From the NCBI GenBank assembly GCA_905178155.1, contig CAJINV010000004.1, positions 9,586,625-9,650,624 of the forward strand: a stretch of DNA of 64,000 nucleotides. Reading direction: 5' to 3'. Source of the stretch: Amoebophrya sp. A120 (Eukaryota; Protista; Dinoflagellata). The position numbers and the translations under genes were made by a program. The notes beneath the pieces were generated by a model. It ran no database searches. It saw nothing but the letters and a program-made list of their open reading frames with translations, and was not told the origin of the DNA. This document shows, piece by piece, positions 1 through 12,700 of this stretch (its first letter is position 1; every line of letters begins with the position of its first letter).

Positions 1-57
1 AAAAATATTAATATACATAGTCTGATTTGATTTGATTTTGTAAAACCACTGCCGGGT

Positions 58-1455
58 TTACATCTCCACCTGCTCGGTGGATGTCGCTCTGGATTGGGAT
101 CGCGACTGCTGGCGGAACGGCGATTTGTTTCCACCGTTGCCCTTGGACTGGGAGTTTCCGCGGCTAGTGCTGCGGTTTCCGCGGAACGCCTGTCTGCCGC
201 GGTTCCAATCCCAGGCGCCGTCTTTGTTCCAATGCCAGTCGCGCCCGCTGTTGTTGTTCCGGCCGAACTGACTGTTGTTATTGTACCGCCCGAACTGCTT
301 CTGGTTGTTGTTCTGCTGTTGCCGTCCGCGCGGCGAGAAGCCCAGAAACACGCTGCTGGAAGAATTAGAGGCGTTTTTCCCGGTAACGTCTGCGATCCTG
401 TCCGCCAGAATGATTTTCACTGCGCCCTGTACCTTTTTCAGGGTGAAGTCGCCGGCAATTTTCACCAGGATCGCCGTCAGCTGGTGGGGCTCGAGGTCCT
501 GGAGCAAGGCCTTCAACAAGTTCAGGCCGTCCCGCTCGGCAATCGGGATGTTCTGGATTTTCTTGCGCAGCTTCTCGTATGTGACCAGGTCACTCAGGAG
601 GTGATCCGGGCGCACGTTGAAGTGGGTGTACTTCAGCCAGTTCGAGAACTTTTCGCTGTTCTTTCCCGGGTAGACCGCTTCCTTCAAAGCAGCCAAGAAC
701 TCGTCGACGCTGGAGATCGGGATGTCACGGATTTCCGCAAGCAGATCCGCTACCTCGATGTTCTGCTTGAGCTGGTATAAAATCGTCTTGGCCGGCAGCT
801 CGTGTGCGATTTCCGCGTACTCCTTGACGTCGATTTCGTACGAGTCGATGTCTACCGCGTGGCAGCGGATATCGAACGGTGAATTCCCGATGTCCTTGTC
901 GTCCTTCAAGACCGGGACCTTGAGCTTGCTCGGGTCCAGTTGCTTCGCCGGGTAAAATCCGGTCAGACGATTCGCCGATGCTCCGGGGGTGTAGATGCTG
1001 TACCGCTCCGGGACGTTGACGTTGTTATCGGGTTCAGACGCGGAATCGTCGGTGTCCTGCTGATTCGTTTTCGCAGGTTTTAATTTCCAGTGGTCCAGGT
1101 TGGCGCCGGCGCTGTTCTCGAGCAGGTCAAAAGCCTGCTGCTTCAGCTCCTTCAAATTCTCCTTGCTCAGCTCGCTCGGGTCTACGCTTCCCTCGGTAGC
1201 CCGGATGTTGTTCGCCACCCTGGCGACAAGTTTCAGAAAGAAATATTCTTCGTTGACCTTCAAGAACTGGCTCTTGTTCTGGTCGTTCACCGCACTGGTG
1301 CCGGCCTTGCGGGTGAAAATTTGCCACACCTGGTCCTTTGATCCGGCCAGGTAGATGTATTTCGCCGCGTTAATTGTGGCGAGGCCACCAATCTTGTTTT
1401 GCGGTGCGCGAGAATTTTCAGGCGGCGCCATCTTTAGTTTTGATGCATATATCAA
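58..1455 (-). CDS. Hypothetical 465-aa protein with R/G/N/S/Q-rich C-terminal tail (possibly Gag/ORF1-like)
   Basis: Long uninterrupted ORF with GC3-rich codons; the only long minus-strand ORF; no introners; basic low-complexity tail (GRQAFRGNRSTSRGNSQ...QSRSQSR). Family not recognised. Confidence 0.6.
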   Translation of the reverse strand: MIYASKLKMAPPENSRAPQNKIGGLATINAAKYIYLAGSKDQVWQIFTRKAGTSAVNDQNKSQFLKVNEEYFFLKLVARVANNIRATEGSVDPSELSKENLKELKQQAFDLLENSAGANLDHWKLKPAKTNQQDTDDSASEPDNNVNVPERYSIYTPGASANRLTGFYPAKQLDPSKLKVPVLKDDKDIGNSPFDIRCHAVDIDSYEIDVKEYAEIAHELPAKTILYQLKQNIEVADLLAEIRDIPISSVDEFLAALKEAVYPGKNSEKFSNWLKYTHFNVRPDHLLSDLVTYEKLRKKIQNIPIAERDGLNLLKALLQDLEPHQLTAILVKIAGDFTLKKVQGAVKIILADRIADVTGKNASNSSSSVFLGFSPRGRQQQNNNQKQFGRYNNNSQFGRNNNSGRDWHWNKDGAWDWNRGRQAFRGNRSTSRGNSQSKGNGGNKSPFRQQSRSQSRATSTEQVEM

Positions 1456-2538
1456 CTTGCTCTATTGGGGGGGGGATATCGCAAGGTGTACTCGTGTTCC
1501 GTGTTCTTGGGGTGCATGCAAGAAGTGGCTTACTGTATACGGAGGCTCATAACTCTGTTGATCGGTAGATCTTGCCACTTGAACACTTGTGTCTTGCCTT
1601 TACCCGCGGGTGACAAAAAACTTCTTCCTGATTGTTTTGCTCAATCTTGAGCCAACGGCTCACAACAAAATTATACAGGTTGCATCGTGTCTCACATGTT
1701 CCAGGGTCTATCTAGATGTGAATCAACGTAATGAAACCTAGTGGCCGATTGGCAAAAAAAACGGGTAGGCAAAAGTAAAAAAACATTCCCCAAAAAAACG
1801 ACTTCTTCATGCGACTCGGCGATATCAGTACGATGTACACGATTCAGAAAAAAGCTCAACCGAGTAGTCACGACCAAGAAGAAAACTAGATCTTGACCGA
1901 TGAAGATAGGTGTGAACATTCTGTGAACAACACTACTTACTGCCAATGTTGTTGTCCCTCTTCCACTTCATTTTCTTGACAAAGTTGATGCAAAGGGAAA
2001 GTCAAAACCGCAAATTTTTGGAAGATCCCAATCTACTCACTCGTCTCGTTCTATTTGCAAATACAACGGGGTGCTGTAAATTTGTTCTGTCGACGTGGTC
2101 AAAATCAAAATTGATACGCGAAACTGCACAAGGATGGCTTCTACTAGTAAATCATAGGCACATCGTGGTCTAGCAAGTATAAACTTGTTAAACTTCCATT
2201 TCTAGCACGACAGTTAGATGAACAACAATGAAATTCGCGACAAGCACGTCAATTTACGACCCTAGTAATTCTAATTCAACAGAGTTCCACCTCTATCCAT
2301 GACACCGCACAAGCGGCCCGGCGGGTTTGTTAGTCAATTACCGCCACCTATGCTGATGAACAGACAAGTCCATCAGAGGGCAGAACGGGTAGCATTGGCA
2401 TTCCGCTCGTAGTGTCTTTTGTTTTCATCTTCTCAGTACAACATACTACTGTATTTCCTGTTTCTTGGCAAGAAAGAACTGTAAGTGGCTTCGAAAATAA
2501 AAATTAATTGTCCGGAGACCGCATTAAGTCGAGAACAA

Positions 2539-3535
2539 ATGGCCGCACCTACCACGGGAACCGGGCCGAGCGCACCGTCCGCGCCCTGGACTTGTCAGTA
2601 CCGTGGGTGCAAAAGCAAGAAATCGCAAATCAAGGAGCTGCGCGCAAGACTACCGACGGGCTACCCGCATGACGAGGATGTGAATCTGCGAGTAATACTG
2701 CATAACTATACTGTTTTCGAAGTAGAATTCCTGTCACTACGAAGCAAAGGGACGACCACGAAGATGAAACTCCTCTTGTCATGCATGAGATATAATTAGA
2801 GGAAAGAACAAAAGAAAACGAACAAAAATTCCCCCCCCCAAAAAATAAGGTCTGCACGGTGTGTCGGCGCCTGCCCCTTGCGGATCAGCTTCCCCTCGAC
2901 CAACTTCCCACCGCGACCATGAAGGAAACGCTTGGAAATTACTCCCGCGCCACCATGGCCCAGTTTACCCAGTTATCAACTGCAAAAATGTCTGGGGCTG
3001 GAAACTTGTAATGCTGCGTTGGGAACAGTGAATGCTCTGTAATGCACAGGCAAGCGTGAGAAATATCTGCGCTTTTTTGTGTTGCGTTTTTCGCATGACA
3101 AACTGCGTTTTTGCATGACAGGCAAAAGCAAAAGGGTCTCTACTTCTTGGACACGCATCACAAACTTTTTGGTCATGCCAGACAAGCATGACATCTTCCA
3201 GACCCAGACACTTTTGCATTTGATACCAGTTCGCCTCCGTTGCGGCGAAACTGCCGGAGGACAGCGTCGAGCCGCTGGACCGGGAGACGGTGCTGTCGGT
3301 GATCGAAGACCTGGAGGACATGGAGGCCAAAGCCAACGAAATATCCTCGGTCCTCCGGTACTATGGCACCAACCACGCGAACCAGCTGGCGAAGGCCATT
3401 TGTCGGAAAATTTTAGATGACGGCTTCCCCTGGGAGATGAGCTTGGCGTTCGAACAGATAAACGATCTTGTCATGGAGGAGATCGCCAGGCTAGGTACTA
3501 GTGCAGAAGTGCTTCTAGAATTTTTTGTTTTATAA
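2539..3535 (+). CDS. Hypothetical protein with N-terminal Cys motifs (CQYRGC...CTVC)
   Basis: ATG 2539; GT-AG intron 2692-2849; introner 2974-3225. Splicing gives a continuous frame into the 3290..3535 ORF. The 3' end is uncertain and may join the next gene. Confidence 0.6.
2974..3225. mobile_element. Introner family A (TIR TATCAAATGCAAAAATGTCTGGGTCTGGAA)
   Basis: TIRs; DR CCAGT. Confidence 0.9.
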
Positions 3536-3724
3536 ATATGATATGAACTTTTATCTTGGGGTAAAAATTATTCTGAGGATAAAGTTAAAGATGAATAAAC
3601 TTACTATCACGACACGAAGTGATCATGGCACCGTCGTGCAAAAATTTTTAAGGACACAAGAACTCCACAATCCGCAGGCACCGCTTCACAAGCGCTGACG
3701 CCCTTAAACGGATCATCCGGAGGT

Positions 3725-5587
3725 GTGGCCGTACCCGCTAGCTTTCCACCGGCAGGAGGGACAGACGAACCTCCAGTCCTCTGCGAGCCCGTGCAGACCG
3801 CGTCGATAGAATCGCAGCTGAACCAGAGCTACCAATATGCGTTTGGGGTGTTGTTTCCAAAATTTCTCCAGTGCAGCTGGGAGAGAATCAAGGAAATCGC
3901 GGAGGACGACGCGAACGTGAGCCGGAAAGAGGAGCAGAAAAAACTTTTCCGGGTGGTGAACCAGTGGAAGGAGATCCATTTGTGGGGCTTGGGAACGATA
4001 AAAGAGCAACTGTTGTTGAGAAAGCAGCAGGTCCTGCAGGGTACCGTTTTCAAAAAGGCGGTGGTCGGCGGTGGAGGTGGCGCGAATCTTCCGAACGCCA
4101 ACAACAACAACAGCAGCAGCCACAGCCAGGGAGCTGTAGCAGTTGCACCAGAGCAGGGTCAACTACAAAGTCAGTTTCCGGGCGTGTCCAACTTCGTTGG
4201 GAATACGATTTTCACGGTGAATCTGCAGGATATCGAGTTGATGTTGGCGACCTTGGACTTGGTCCAGCAGGAGGAGGACAAGGAGGAGGAAAGAGAGCTG
4301 AAAAAAAGAAAGCTCGACTCAGAGGAGCAGAAACAAGCGCAGGAAAGCAGAAAAAACTTCATCGAGCAAATTTTGGAGATGGCGGGGGAGGTGGGGTTGA
4401 ATAAGCTTACAACAACCTCTATGCATTGCAAAAGTATCGTACTTCTAGTAGAAATCGCATGACAAATTTTCTCAGCATGAGAAATGGAGTTTGTCATGCT
4501 GTTTTGCCTTGGGATCGAGATTTGTAATGCATGACTGCGATTGCTACGAGTGCGATACTTTTGCACAGGATAACCTCTGACAGCCCCGGCGACATCAACG
4601 ACGACGCGGGGGAGCAGCAGACGAATCTGCATTTGAGAATCCTCGGCCTGGACGTCGCCGCGTTCAAGAAGAACGAGATTACGGTGGAGCAAATCAACAA
4701 AACGGCCCGAAAATTGATGTTCAAAGCGCATCCCGATAAAAACCCGAGCATCGAGTCGCAGAAGTGCACCGACGCGATGACCAGAATCACGGACGCGAAG
4801 GAGGCACTGGTGGAGAAACTGGACCCCGCGAACCAGAAGAAGAAGCAAGCCGTGGACCCGAGTAAGATCCAAGTGCTCGCCTCTTCCTCCGGGGGGGCAG
4901 TTATCAAATGTAAAAATGTCTGGGTCTGGAAACTTGTGATGCTGGGTGGCGTATCGTGAGGAGGCCGCAAATGCTGGCTCAGCATGACAAGTTTCTGAGC
5001 TTCTAGGTGTTGCCTATTCTGCACGACAAACTGCGTTTCTGCATGACAGAAAAATGGCGCTCTTGGGTAACGTGCATGACAGATTTGAGAGCCATGCCAG
5101 ACAAGCATGACAAACATGCACTCTTCCAGACCCAGACACTTTTACATTTGATAGCAGTCAAGCAGAAGCAGCTCTGTCGGTTCGTCGGCTGCACGGACGA
5201 GGTCTGTTCCCAGTGCGCGCACGGGGCCTGCCGGTCGCACATCACGCACTGCCACTTCTTCGCCCGGCAGAACCCGGGGTTGCGCTGCTTTTTCCACCCC
5301 CCGCCCCGGGAAAACGCCGTCAACGCGGTCTTGGTCAACGTATGACAGTGCACAACTCCCCCTCCCCCTCATTTGTATAGCATGAACGGCAATACAAGCA
5401 TCAGCAAGAATGCCGGTTTTGCAAGACAAATTTACCCTGGAGTGTAGTGCTATTTGGGCTACCAGAACTTGTCATGCAAACAGTGCCAACGGGCACAGCT
5501 TGGATTTGGGATTTTGCATTGCAAATGAGGGGGAGGGGGAGTTGTGCACTCTCATACAACGGACGCTGGCAACAGAAGAAACATTGA
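3725..5587 (+). CDS. J-domain (DnaJ-like) protein with Cys/His-rich C-terminus
   Basis: Exons joined across introners 4420, 4902 and 5341. LRILGL...TARKLMFKAHPDKN...ITDAKEAL is a J domain with HPD, followed by CRFVGC..CSQCAHGACRSHITHC. Stop TGA at 5585-5587; start codon not identified. Confidence 0.7.
4420..4572. mobile_element. Introner family B (TIR TAT(CCTG/GCAT)TGCAAAAGTATCGTACT)
   Basis: TIRs; DR ACCTC. Confidence 0.9.
4902..5153. mobile_element. Introner family A
   Basis: TIRs; DR GCAGT. Confidence 0.9.
5341..5556. mobile_element. Introner family C (TIR TATGACAGTGCACAACTCCCC)
   Basis: TIRs; DR CAACG. Confidence 0.9.
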
Positions 5588-8500
5588 GGTCGTGCTGGGC
5601 CGCAGCACCGTGGCTTTTGTTGCAATACAGAACGGCCCCCGAAGATAGAAAATGTAAACCACCATCAAGCAGCAACCGCGACGACGACTGTTACTTTTTC
5701 TACCGTGTATATAAAATTATTTGTGACAAGCAGGAAGTGTGAGGACGAGGAGCAGCCAGCACGACAGGGACGACAGCACATGACGACAAGAAGAAAACGA
5801 CAAGGATAAAAATTGCCGCTTCACCAGGAGCTTCGTTCTTGCACAGGGAAGTGGTAGTTGGTACAATCTGGCTTCTTGTTCATCATCATCTACTCCTGAG
5901 GGGAATAAATGCCTTCAGTTGATGATGAGGATGCACCCGGCCGTCGACCACGGGCAACAAAAAGGTGACGCTTGCGACCACGCTCTTGACGCAGCTGCCG
6001 CCTCAAAACAGCTTCGGATGACGAAGCCGGTTTCGAAAAAATGAACCGAATTGGCTGGAGGCTCCTGGGGAGTGGCGTAAGTTTAAGTAGTAGGTCTTCA
6101 CGAGTTACATGAACAAGACACGACTACCGCGGATTGAAGTTGAAAACAGCAGGACCAAGCTCTACTTGTACTTCCGCGGAGCTGCCACTACAAAACGCGA
6201 AAAACAGGAGGAGAGAAGCATCGCGGCCGGGTCCTCGTCCGAGGTAGGTCATCATCGTGCACCAGGCGCGCCGAGGAAATCAACTTGTTCCGAGCCGGAG
6301 TACAGCCGCTGCCGCAAGTCCTCGTGCGGCACAATTTTATTTAATCCATCGACAACGGACCCAAAAGATGAAGAACAAGACCATCCGGAACATCAAGGGG
6401 ACAGTGTAGTTGCGAGTGAAAAGATAACTGGACATGGCCTGGATCATCAACTTCATCTGCTGGAATAAAAGAGCGGCCTTCTCGCGGCTGCGTCAGGACT
6501 ACGTGACGGCGCGGACGACACTAGTTGCCGAGATAAAGCGGCACACACAACAAGCAGATGATCAAACCTAAACCGGTGTAAGATATGAGGATGAAAAGAT
6601 TGGACAGATCCAACCGAAGAACGCGACAGCTGTACTACAGCATTATGGCATGTAAAATGTTGTATCAAAAGACCTAGTAGATCACTTGCGAGACGTCGAC
6701 CACGACGAGATATTAAGCGACTACAACAAAGGAATTGACTTGTACAATGCTTGAGTTGATACATTTCAATTTGGTTTCATCTTGACCTTCTAGTAGCTGC
6801 ACGATAGTAGTTGTCTAATCTAATTATACTGAAGGTGGACCAGAAAGAGTCGGTCTAGCATTTCGCGCACAGCTGCTGCCCAGGTCTTGTCCGCTGCCTG
6901 CTGTCGTCGCAAACTCTGCGACACGACAGCCGCAGTGTAAGGTAGTCCTGACTGCTTTTCATCAGAAAGGGTGTCATCTCTGTTTGACTCTTAAATGTTT
7001 TCTCGCTCCTGCTTCGTGTTCGGATTTTTTTTCAGTGGTACTGCTTTTGACAAGAATCGGAGACGGCACGATTCCAATTATGCGTGCCCAGAAAAGCAAA
7101 AGAACAACATCAACATCGTGACATTGATGCAAAAGAACAAAACGTTTTTTTCGTGGATCTCGTGGACGACCCCTATCGCAATCGCCGAAAAGCCGAGCAA
7201 CGGTGCGTCGACCCTGCAGATCGTGGTTCCAGCGCGAGCTGCGACCACAAAAAGGAGACGTCTGTGAGCGCAAATAATTCTCCGCCGATCTACTCGCGTC
7301 GCCGGCCGCTACCGACGGACAAGAAACAAACTCGGAGTGCCTTCATGAGGCCGGCTGCAGCTTCACGGTGTAGTCTTCAATCGTCTACAGCACAAGACCA
7401 AAAACCAGTCGCCGTTTGATGTGATGCTCGTGCTGCTGAAACATCACGTGGTTCGTTGACCCCCCGCGCGCTGCGTGGAAGGGAAAAGGCGCAAGAACGG
7501 CAGCAGCGACAACGAGCTGTTTTTGTTTACGCTGTCTGGACGAGGTAGATGAGTGAAATCAATGTGTCAAAGGTCGGGAAACGGTGTCCTTGTCCTTCAT
7601 CTATCTTTTCATCCTCCATTTAGCCCCTTGCTCTGTACTTCAATCAACATGTTGTACTAGATCTACTTACAATCTACTTAGAAAAGCTAGAAGGCTCGTC
7701 TCTACTCGAGGCGATTCATATGTAGTTTTAATCGCGGCCATGTAAAAAGTTGTCTTTCTTTCTGTTGCCTGCTCAAAACTCCCTCTGTGTCTACCTTGCG
7801 TGCCATCTATCATGAACCGGCATTCGGTCATGCATAGGCTCCTAAAGCGGAGCGAATTTTATACCAGGCTACCTGTCCTCAACCACGACTGCTCTTGCGT
7901 CGGAAGGTTTTTTCGAACTTCATATCCATGTGTTCTTCGTAAACAAGTAGTAAGACGAGCGCGTTTCTCTGTTGAAACACAGAAACTTCTGTTTTTAGCC
8001 CGCTCAAACCTCCGGCATAGTCTTGCATAGTGCTGATGAGCAGAGGAATCGTAGAACAATTCGCATGCTCCCATAGAAGAGCTTGCGCTAATACTTAGTA
8101 ATATTCCTATTCGTCGGCAAATTGCGGTAGCGTAGTTTGCTTGTAGGATAGAATTCGTGAGTTGCACTTATCAACACTTCGCGCAAAAACAAAAAGCGAG
8201 TTCTTGTTGGTTCTGTGTGATCGTCCTCGTGGTGGTCTCCAATTACCGTAGAAAATCTGCGATTGCAACGCGGAACAAGTTGATCGGCACTTATTTCCTC
8301 GTCAATCATTCTCGTTCTCCTCGTCGCACGCAAGAATGAGCACGTCTCCGTCAACGAAAATGTAGTGCGTTTTTATTGAAATAAAAATGAAATGGTAATT
8401 TAGTACGCGGCTTTGTCGTGGCACAAGTGGTACTACTCAATCGTTGCTTTCTATTTCGTAAGGTCAATCGTTGGCTCCGAGCTTCGAGAATCCGCATCAT

Positions 8501-9069
8501 AAACAGCTTTTTTTTCTTGTTTGGGCGGGGTTGGGGTTCGCTCTAAAAACAAAAAACGTGTGGGATGGGCAAAAATGAAGGTTTTAGGGTTTAGGGTTCC
8601 AGCTCGAAGATGACCCCTTGAATCGCTTCAGATCCAGATGCAAATTTGAGTGCTTCAGAATGCCAAGTTGTGTGTGAGCAGTATTTAAGTAAATGTAAAA
8701 CAGATGCAAGTAGATCGAAATAAAGTCGGTACCACCACAAAGATCACGGCGAAAGAAAGTGAAAGATCCAGGGAAGAGTACCACGCCCAAAAAATCGATC
8801 ACGACCCGTGCTGTTCGAAGACGGTTGTCCATGTGTTGAGCGCCACGTTTGAACGTGGTGAGAGATACGTTCTGGGAGAGAGAGGAAGACTCTACTGTAG
8901 CAGAAAGAAAGAAAGACAGAAAAGGAGCTACGGCACGTGCGCCAGTGCTCGTTCGTGCGAAAAGCAGGAAAAAATGCCGTCGGTTGTGAAAGAAGAAGCA
9001 GACGGTAAAAGCAAAAGGCGCCTCGGTCGTATACTAGGCAGAAGTAATAAAGCGGTCTTTCTGGCTCCT

Positions 9070-9386
9070 TGTCGATCTACCACTCGAGATCTAAATAGTA
9101 TAACGAATCAACACGATCATCAGGTACATCGGTACAAAATTCCATATGAAAACCAAAATAGAATCAGGATGGAATCACGATGGAAAAACGATGACTGGAA
9201 ATTGGAATGATTGGAATTTAGACCGTGAATGGAATGGAGACGCTTTACGACGAACCACGAACACCATGAGAAACCGATGACCACAGTGACCGGTCATTTG
9301 AGCAAACATAAAGTACTTCTTTGCCTATAGCGGCTGTACCTGATTCGTATCAAGATTGTTCGTATACTATTACGCCTGTACTCCTA
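9070..9386 (+). repeat. 5' LTR (TG...TA)
   Basis: Direct repeat of 16201-16517; I found 2 substitutions by eye. Confidence 0.95.
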
Positions 9387-9399
9387 TGGTAGCGGAGAG
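9387..9399 (+). promoter_or_regulatory. Primer-binding site, probably initiator tRNA-Met
   Basis: TGGTAGCGGAGAG immediately after the 5' LTR, complementary to a tRNA 3' end ...CUCCGCUACCA (tRNAi-Met-like acceptor stem). Confidence 0.8.
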
Positions 9400-9743
9400 A
9401 GTAGACTAACCATCTTCCAACTTTTTCTTTTGCGTAGGATCCTTAACGTTTGTACTTACGACTAACATTCTTATTACGGCCGTGGCATTGCATAAAGTAT
9501 TTCTTGCACAAATCGACTAGCGCTTACATATTTTTACAACTTCAAAAACTTCCAAACACTTCCAGCAACGACCTGCATCCTGTAAGATTTTTTTTTCCGC
9601 ATAACAAAAACGACTTCTGCATACGAAAAACGACCTATCCAGCGTTACAGATTTCATTTCTCTCTCCTGCTACAGCTTACAAATATTTTTGTCGCTCTTT
9701 TCTCGCTTACTTTTTCGGTCTTCAAGTTCCACAACCAAACAAA

Positions 9744-12700
9744 ATGGCCAAAGCGATCGACGCCTGGGAGAAAGACCAGCACTGGCGCGAGTACCGCAAG
9801 GAGATTTTACTTTTCGCCGAGGGTACGCAGCTCAACGAAAAACAAATAGTCCCGAACATCATCCGCCAGGGCTTCAAGCCGCACCAGCCAAAATGGTACA
9901 AGATCGCGATGCAGATGCGGGACGACTGGCGCACCCTGCCGAAAGACCCCGGATTCACCTATGCCACCGATCCCGTTCACGAAAGTGCAATCAAGCACTT
10001 TACACCCGTAGAAAGGCTTCTACAGTGGATGGATCATAAAACCGAATATAGTGATCCTGTCGATGCTGCCATGCGTTTTGTTGGTTTGCTATCCTTCAAA
10101 CGCACCGGAGCTATGGATATGGGTACCTGGCTCGCGGAATTCAATGACCGCGAAAACCAAATACAGAAGGATGCGACTTTTGCGGCGGCTTTGACGAAAA
10201 CGATTCTGGTTTTGCTTCTGTACTGCAATAGCGGGCTGACACAGCTCCAGCGCCAGGGTGTTCGTCAAAACTTCGAGTTGAAGAACGCCGGGAAAGACAT
10301 CAATCACAGCCCCGAGGCCATGCAGGAAATTTTGAAACGGGTCGCGGCAGACGACTCCAGCAAAATGCAAACGCATGACGAGCAGGGAGATGTGATTATG
10401 GCAGGCTATTCACGTGGTAAGGGCTTCGGCAAAGGCGGGAAGAAAGGAAAAACTCGGCGCGCGTACTATGTTGAAGAAGAAGATCCCGACTGGTATGGGG
10501 ACGAAGACGAGCAGTACGACTACGAGGATGAAGAAGAATTTTGGGAAGAAGAAGAACACGCGGAAGAGGAAGAACAAGAAGAACAAGAGCAGGAGGAGGA
10601 CGCAGCGTTTTTGGCAAACAACGAATGCAGACGGTGCGGACAAACAGGACACTGGGAACGCAACTGCCCACAGAAGAAAAACGACGGGAACAAGAAGGGC
10701 AGCAACTACAGCTACAACAACGCAGGCACTAACGGTGGATACGGAAAGAAGAAAGGAAGCGGAAAATTTGGAAAGAAGAAGACCAACAGTTTTTCTTGGT
10801 ACAAAAAGAAAAATCCCAACTATGTCGTCCAGCACCATCCCGCGCTACTGGCACGACTCGAACCGGTTGAGGCTGCACTTGATACCGGTTGCGGTGTCAG
10901 TTGTGTGCCGATTTCTCGTTTTGAAGATTTTAAAAACGATTATCCCGAGCGAGTTCTGCACGAAGAGGAACTTGAAGAAGGACAATCCGGATCGATGTCT
11001 TTTGGAAACGGGGCCCGCTGCCCGATTGTATCCCGAGCCAAAATTCGCGTTGGCGATTTTGGCGCAGTGACTTACCAAATTTTCGCCCCGCCGAAGACGA
11101 TGCCGGAGCAGAAGCGAAGGGAAATGCTGAAGCAGATGAAAAAGGTTCCATTTCTCATCGGCAACAACACGCTCGGCGCTGCTACGATCAACCAGCAACA
11201 AGAAAAAGCAGTCTTTCCATCCGGTAAAGAAATGCGATTTACGAAGCGCGGCGGACTTCTGTTGGTAAACATGGTCGGCAGCAGCACTAACAGTACGAAT
11301 TTCGCATGCAACTATGCCTACGACATCGCGGGAAACAGATGCAACTTTTTCGCAGTCGCCACACCGCTGGGGGAAGGAGAGAAACGCGACGGCGCTACGA
11401 CTTTTGGCACCTTGCAGCGGGAAAAGCCAAAAGGGCACAGCAGCACCGTACAGAAACGCGAAAACGCACGGGACCCGGTCAGCTTTTTCGGGAGGTTCAA
11501 GCTGGCGATGATTCTCTTCTACCTTTTGCTCATGCAGCTCCGCCTACTTTGCAAGGCTGGAGACGTCGAGAAGAATCCCGGTCCCATCGCTCCTACCACC
11601 GGTATTACGACTTCGGACAAGATTCGCGAATTGTGTAACGACCGCGAACTGATGACCAAAGCGCATAAACAGCTATGGCACTACAAGATGAAGGAGGCGA
11701 CGGCGCATTTTTGGCCACTGCTGGAGGACGACGAACAACTACGAAAAGACTTCCGCGAGGGCTGGCAGCTTGTTGTTGATTCTTGTGGAATTTGCAACAA
11801 CCAAAAACGGTCACTACCGCATCCGAAAACGGGCTTGATTCCTAGAAATGTCAATCAAGTAGTGGTGGCTGACGTTTTCTATTTCACAGTCAAAGGATGC
11901 AAGCGGGCTATTCTGATTTGGATTGACTACTTGAGCAAATTCTGCATGTACTTCGCGCACGAGGCTGGCGGAGACATCCAGGCCGAAGACACGCTACACA
12001 TGGGACACGAGTGGGCCGCAGTTTTTGGGCGGTTGCCGCTCTACTTGCTAACCGGCCACGACACCCCACTGGTCAACGAAACTGTAGCCGAGTACTTGGC
12101 GGGCGCGGCGATGCCTTGCACTCCCCTGCAGTCACCGGACTACGAGCCGGAGTCCCATGGGCTTGTCGAGAGTCACATCGGGCTTTCAAAAATTTTGCTC
12201 GAGTTGATCCAGGCCGAAATACCAGTTGCGCAGATGTCCAGCCTGCGAATTCGAGACATTTTGCTGGCGTTGCAACAGGCGAAAAATAGTGTTCCGCGGG
12301 GGCACGGTTTTTCAGCACAACAAACAGCACTTGGGACACAGCATTTCGTTGGCAACCCCGAGGAGGCTACATCCGCAACAATGGGCGCGTACGGTGACCC
12401 CACCGAAATTCCGAGAAAACTAGCAGTCCAGCGGATCACGTTGCAACAGCAAGCAGCAAAAGCGGCGGCGCAGGTGCATGGCAACAAGCAACCTATGCAG
12501 ATTCTGAACTCGAAAACGCGCAATACAGATGTCGCAGCTTACTCGCCCGGTGACCTGGTTGAAGTTCAACCAGCAAAAGACCAAAAGTTCGACTTTGGTC
12601 AAGTTCGATGGGTCCGCGCAAAAATCATCGACACGGGCGAACCGGGACAGATCGGCGAATCGCATAAGTTAGTCACAGTGAAATACAGCGGCGGAAAAAT

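Noticed and set aside
9450-9743. N-terminal extension of the copia ORF in the ORF track
   Set aside because: Non-ATG start in an AT-rich leader; coding-like composition begins at ATG 9744.
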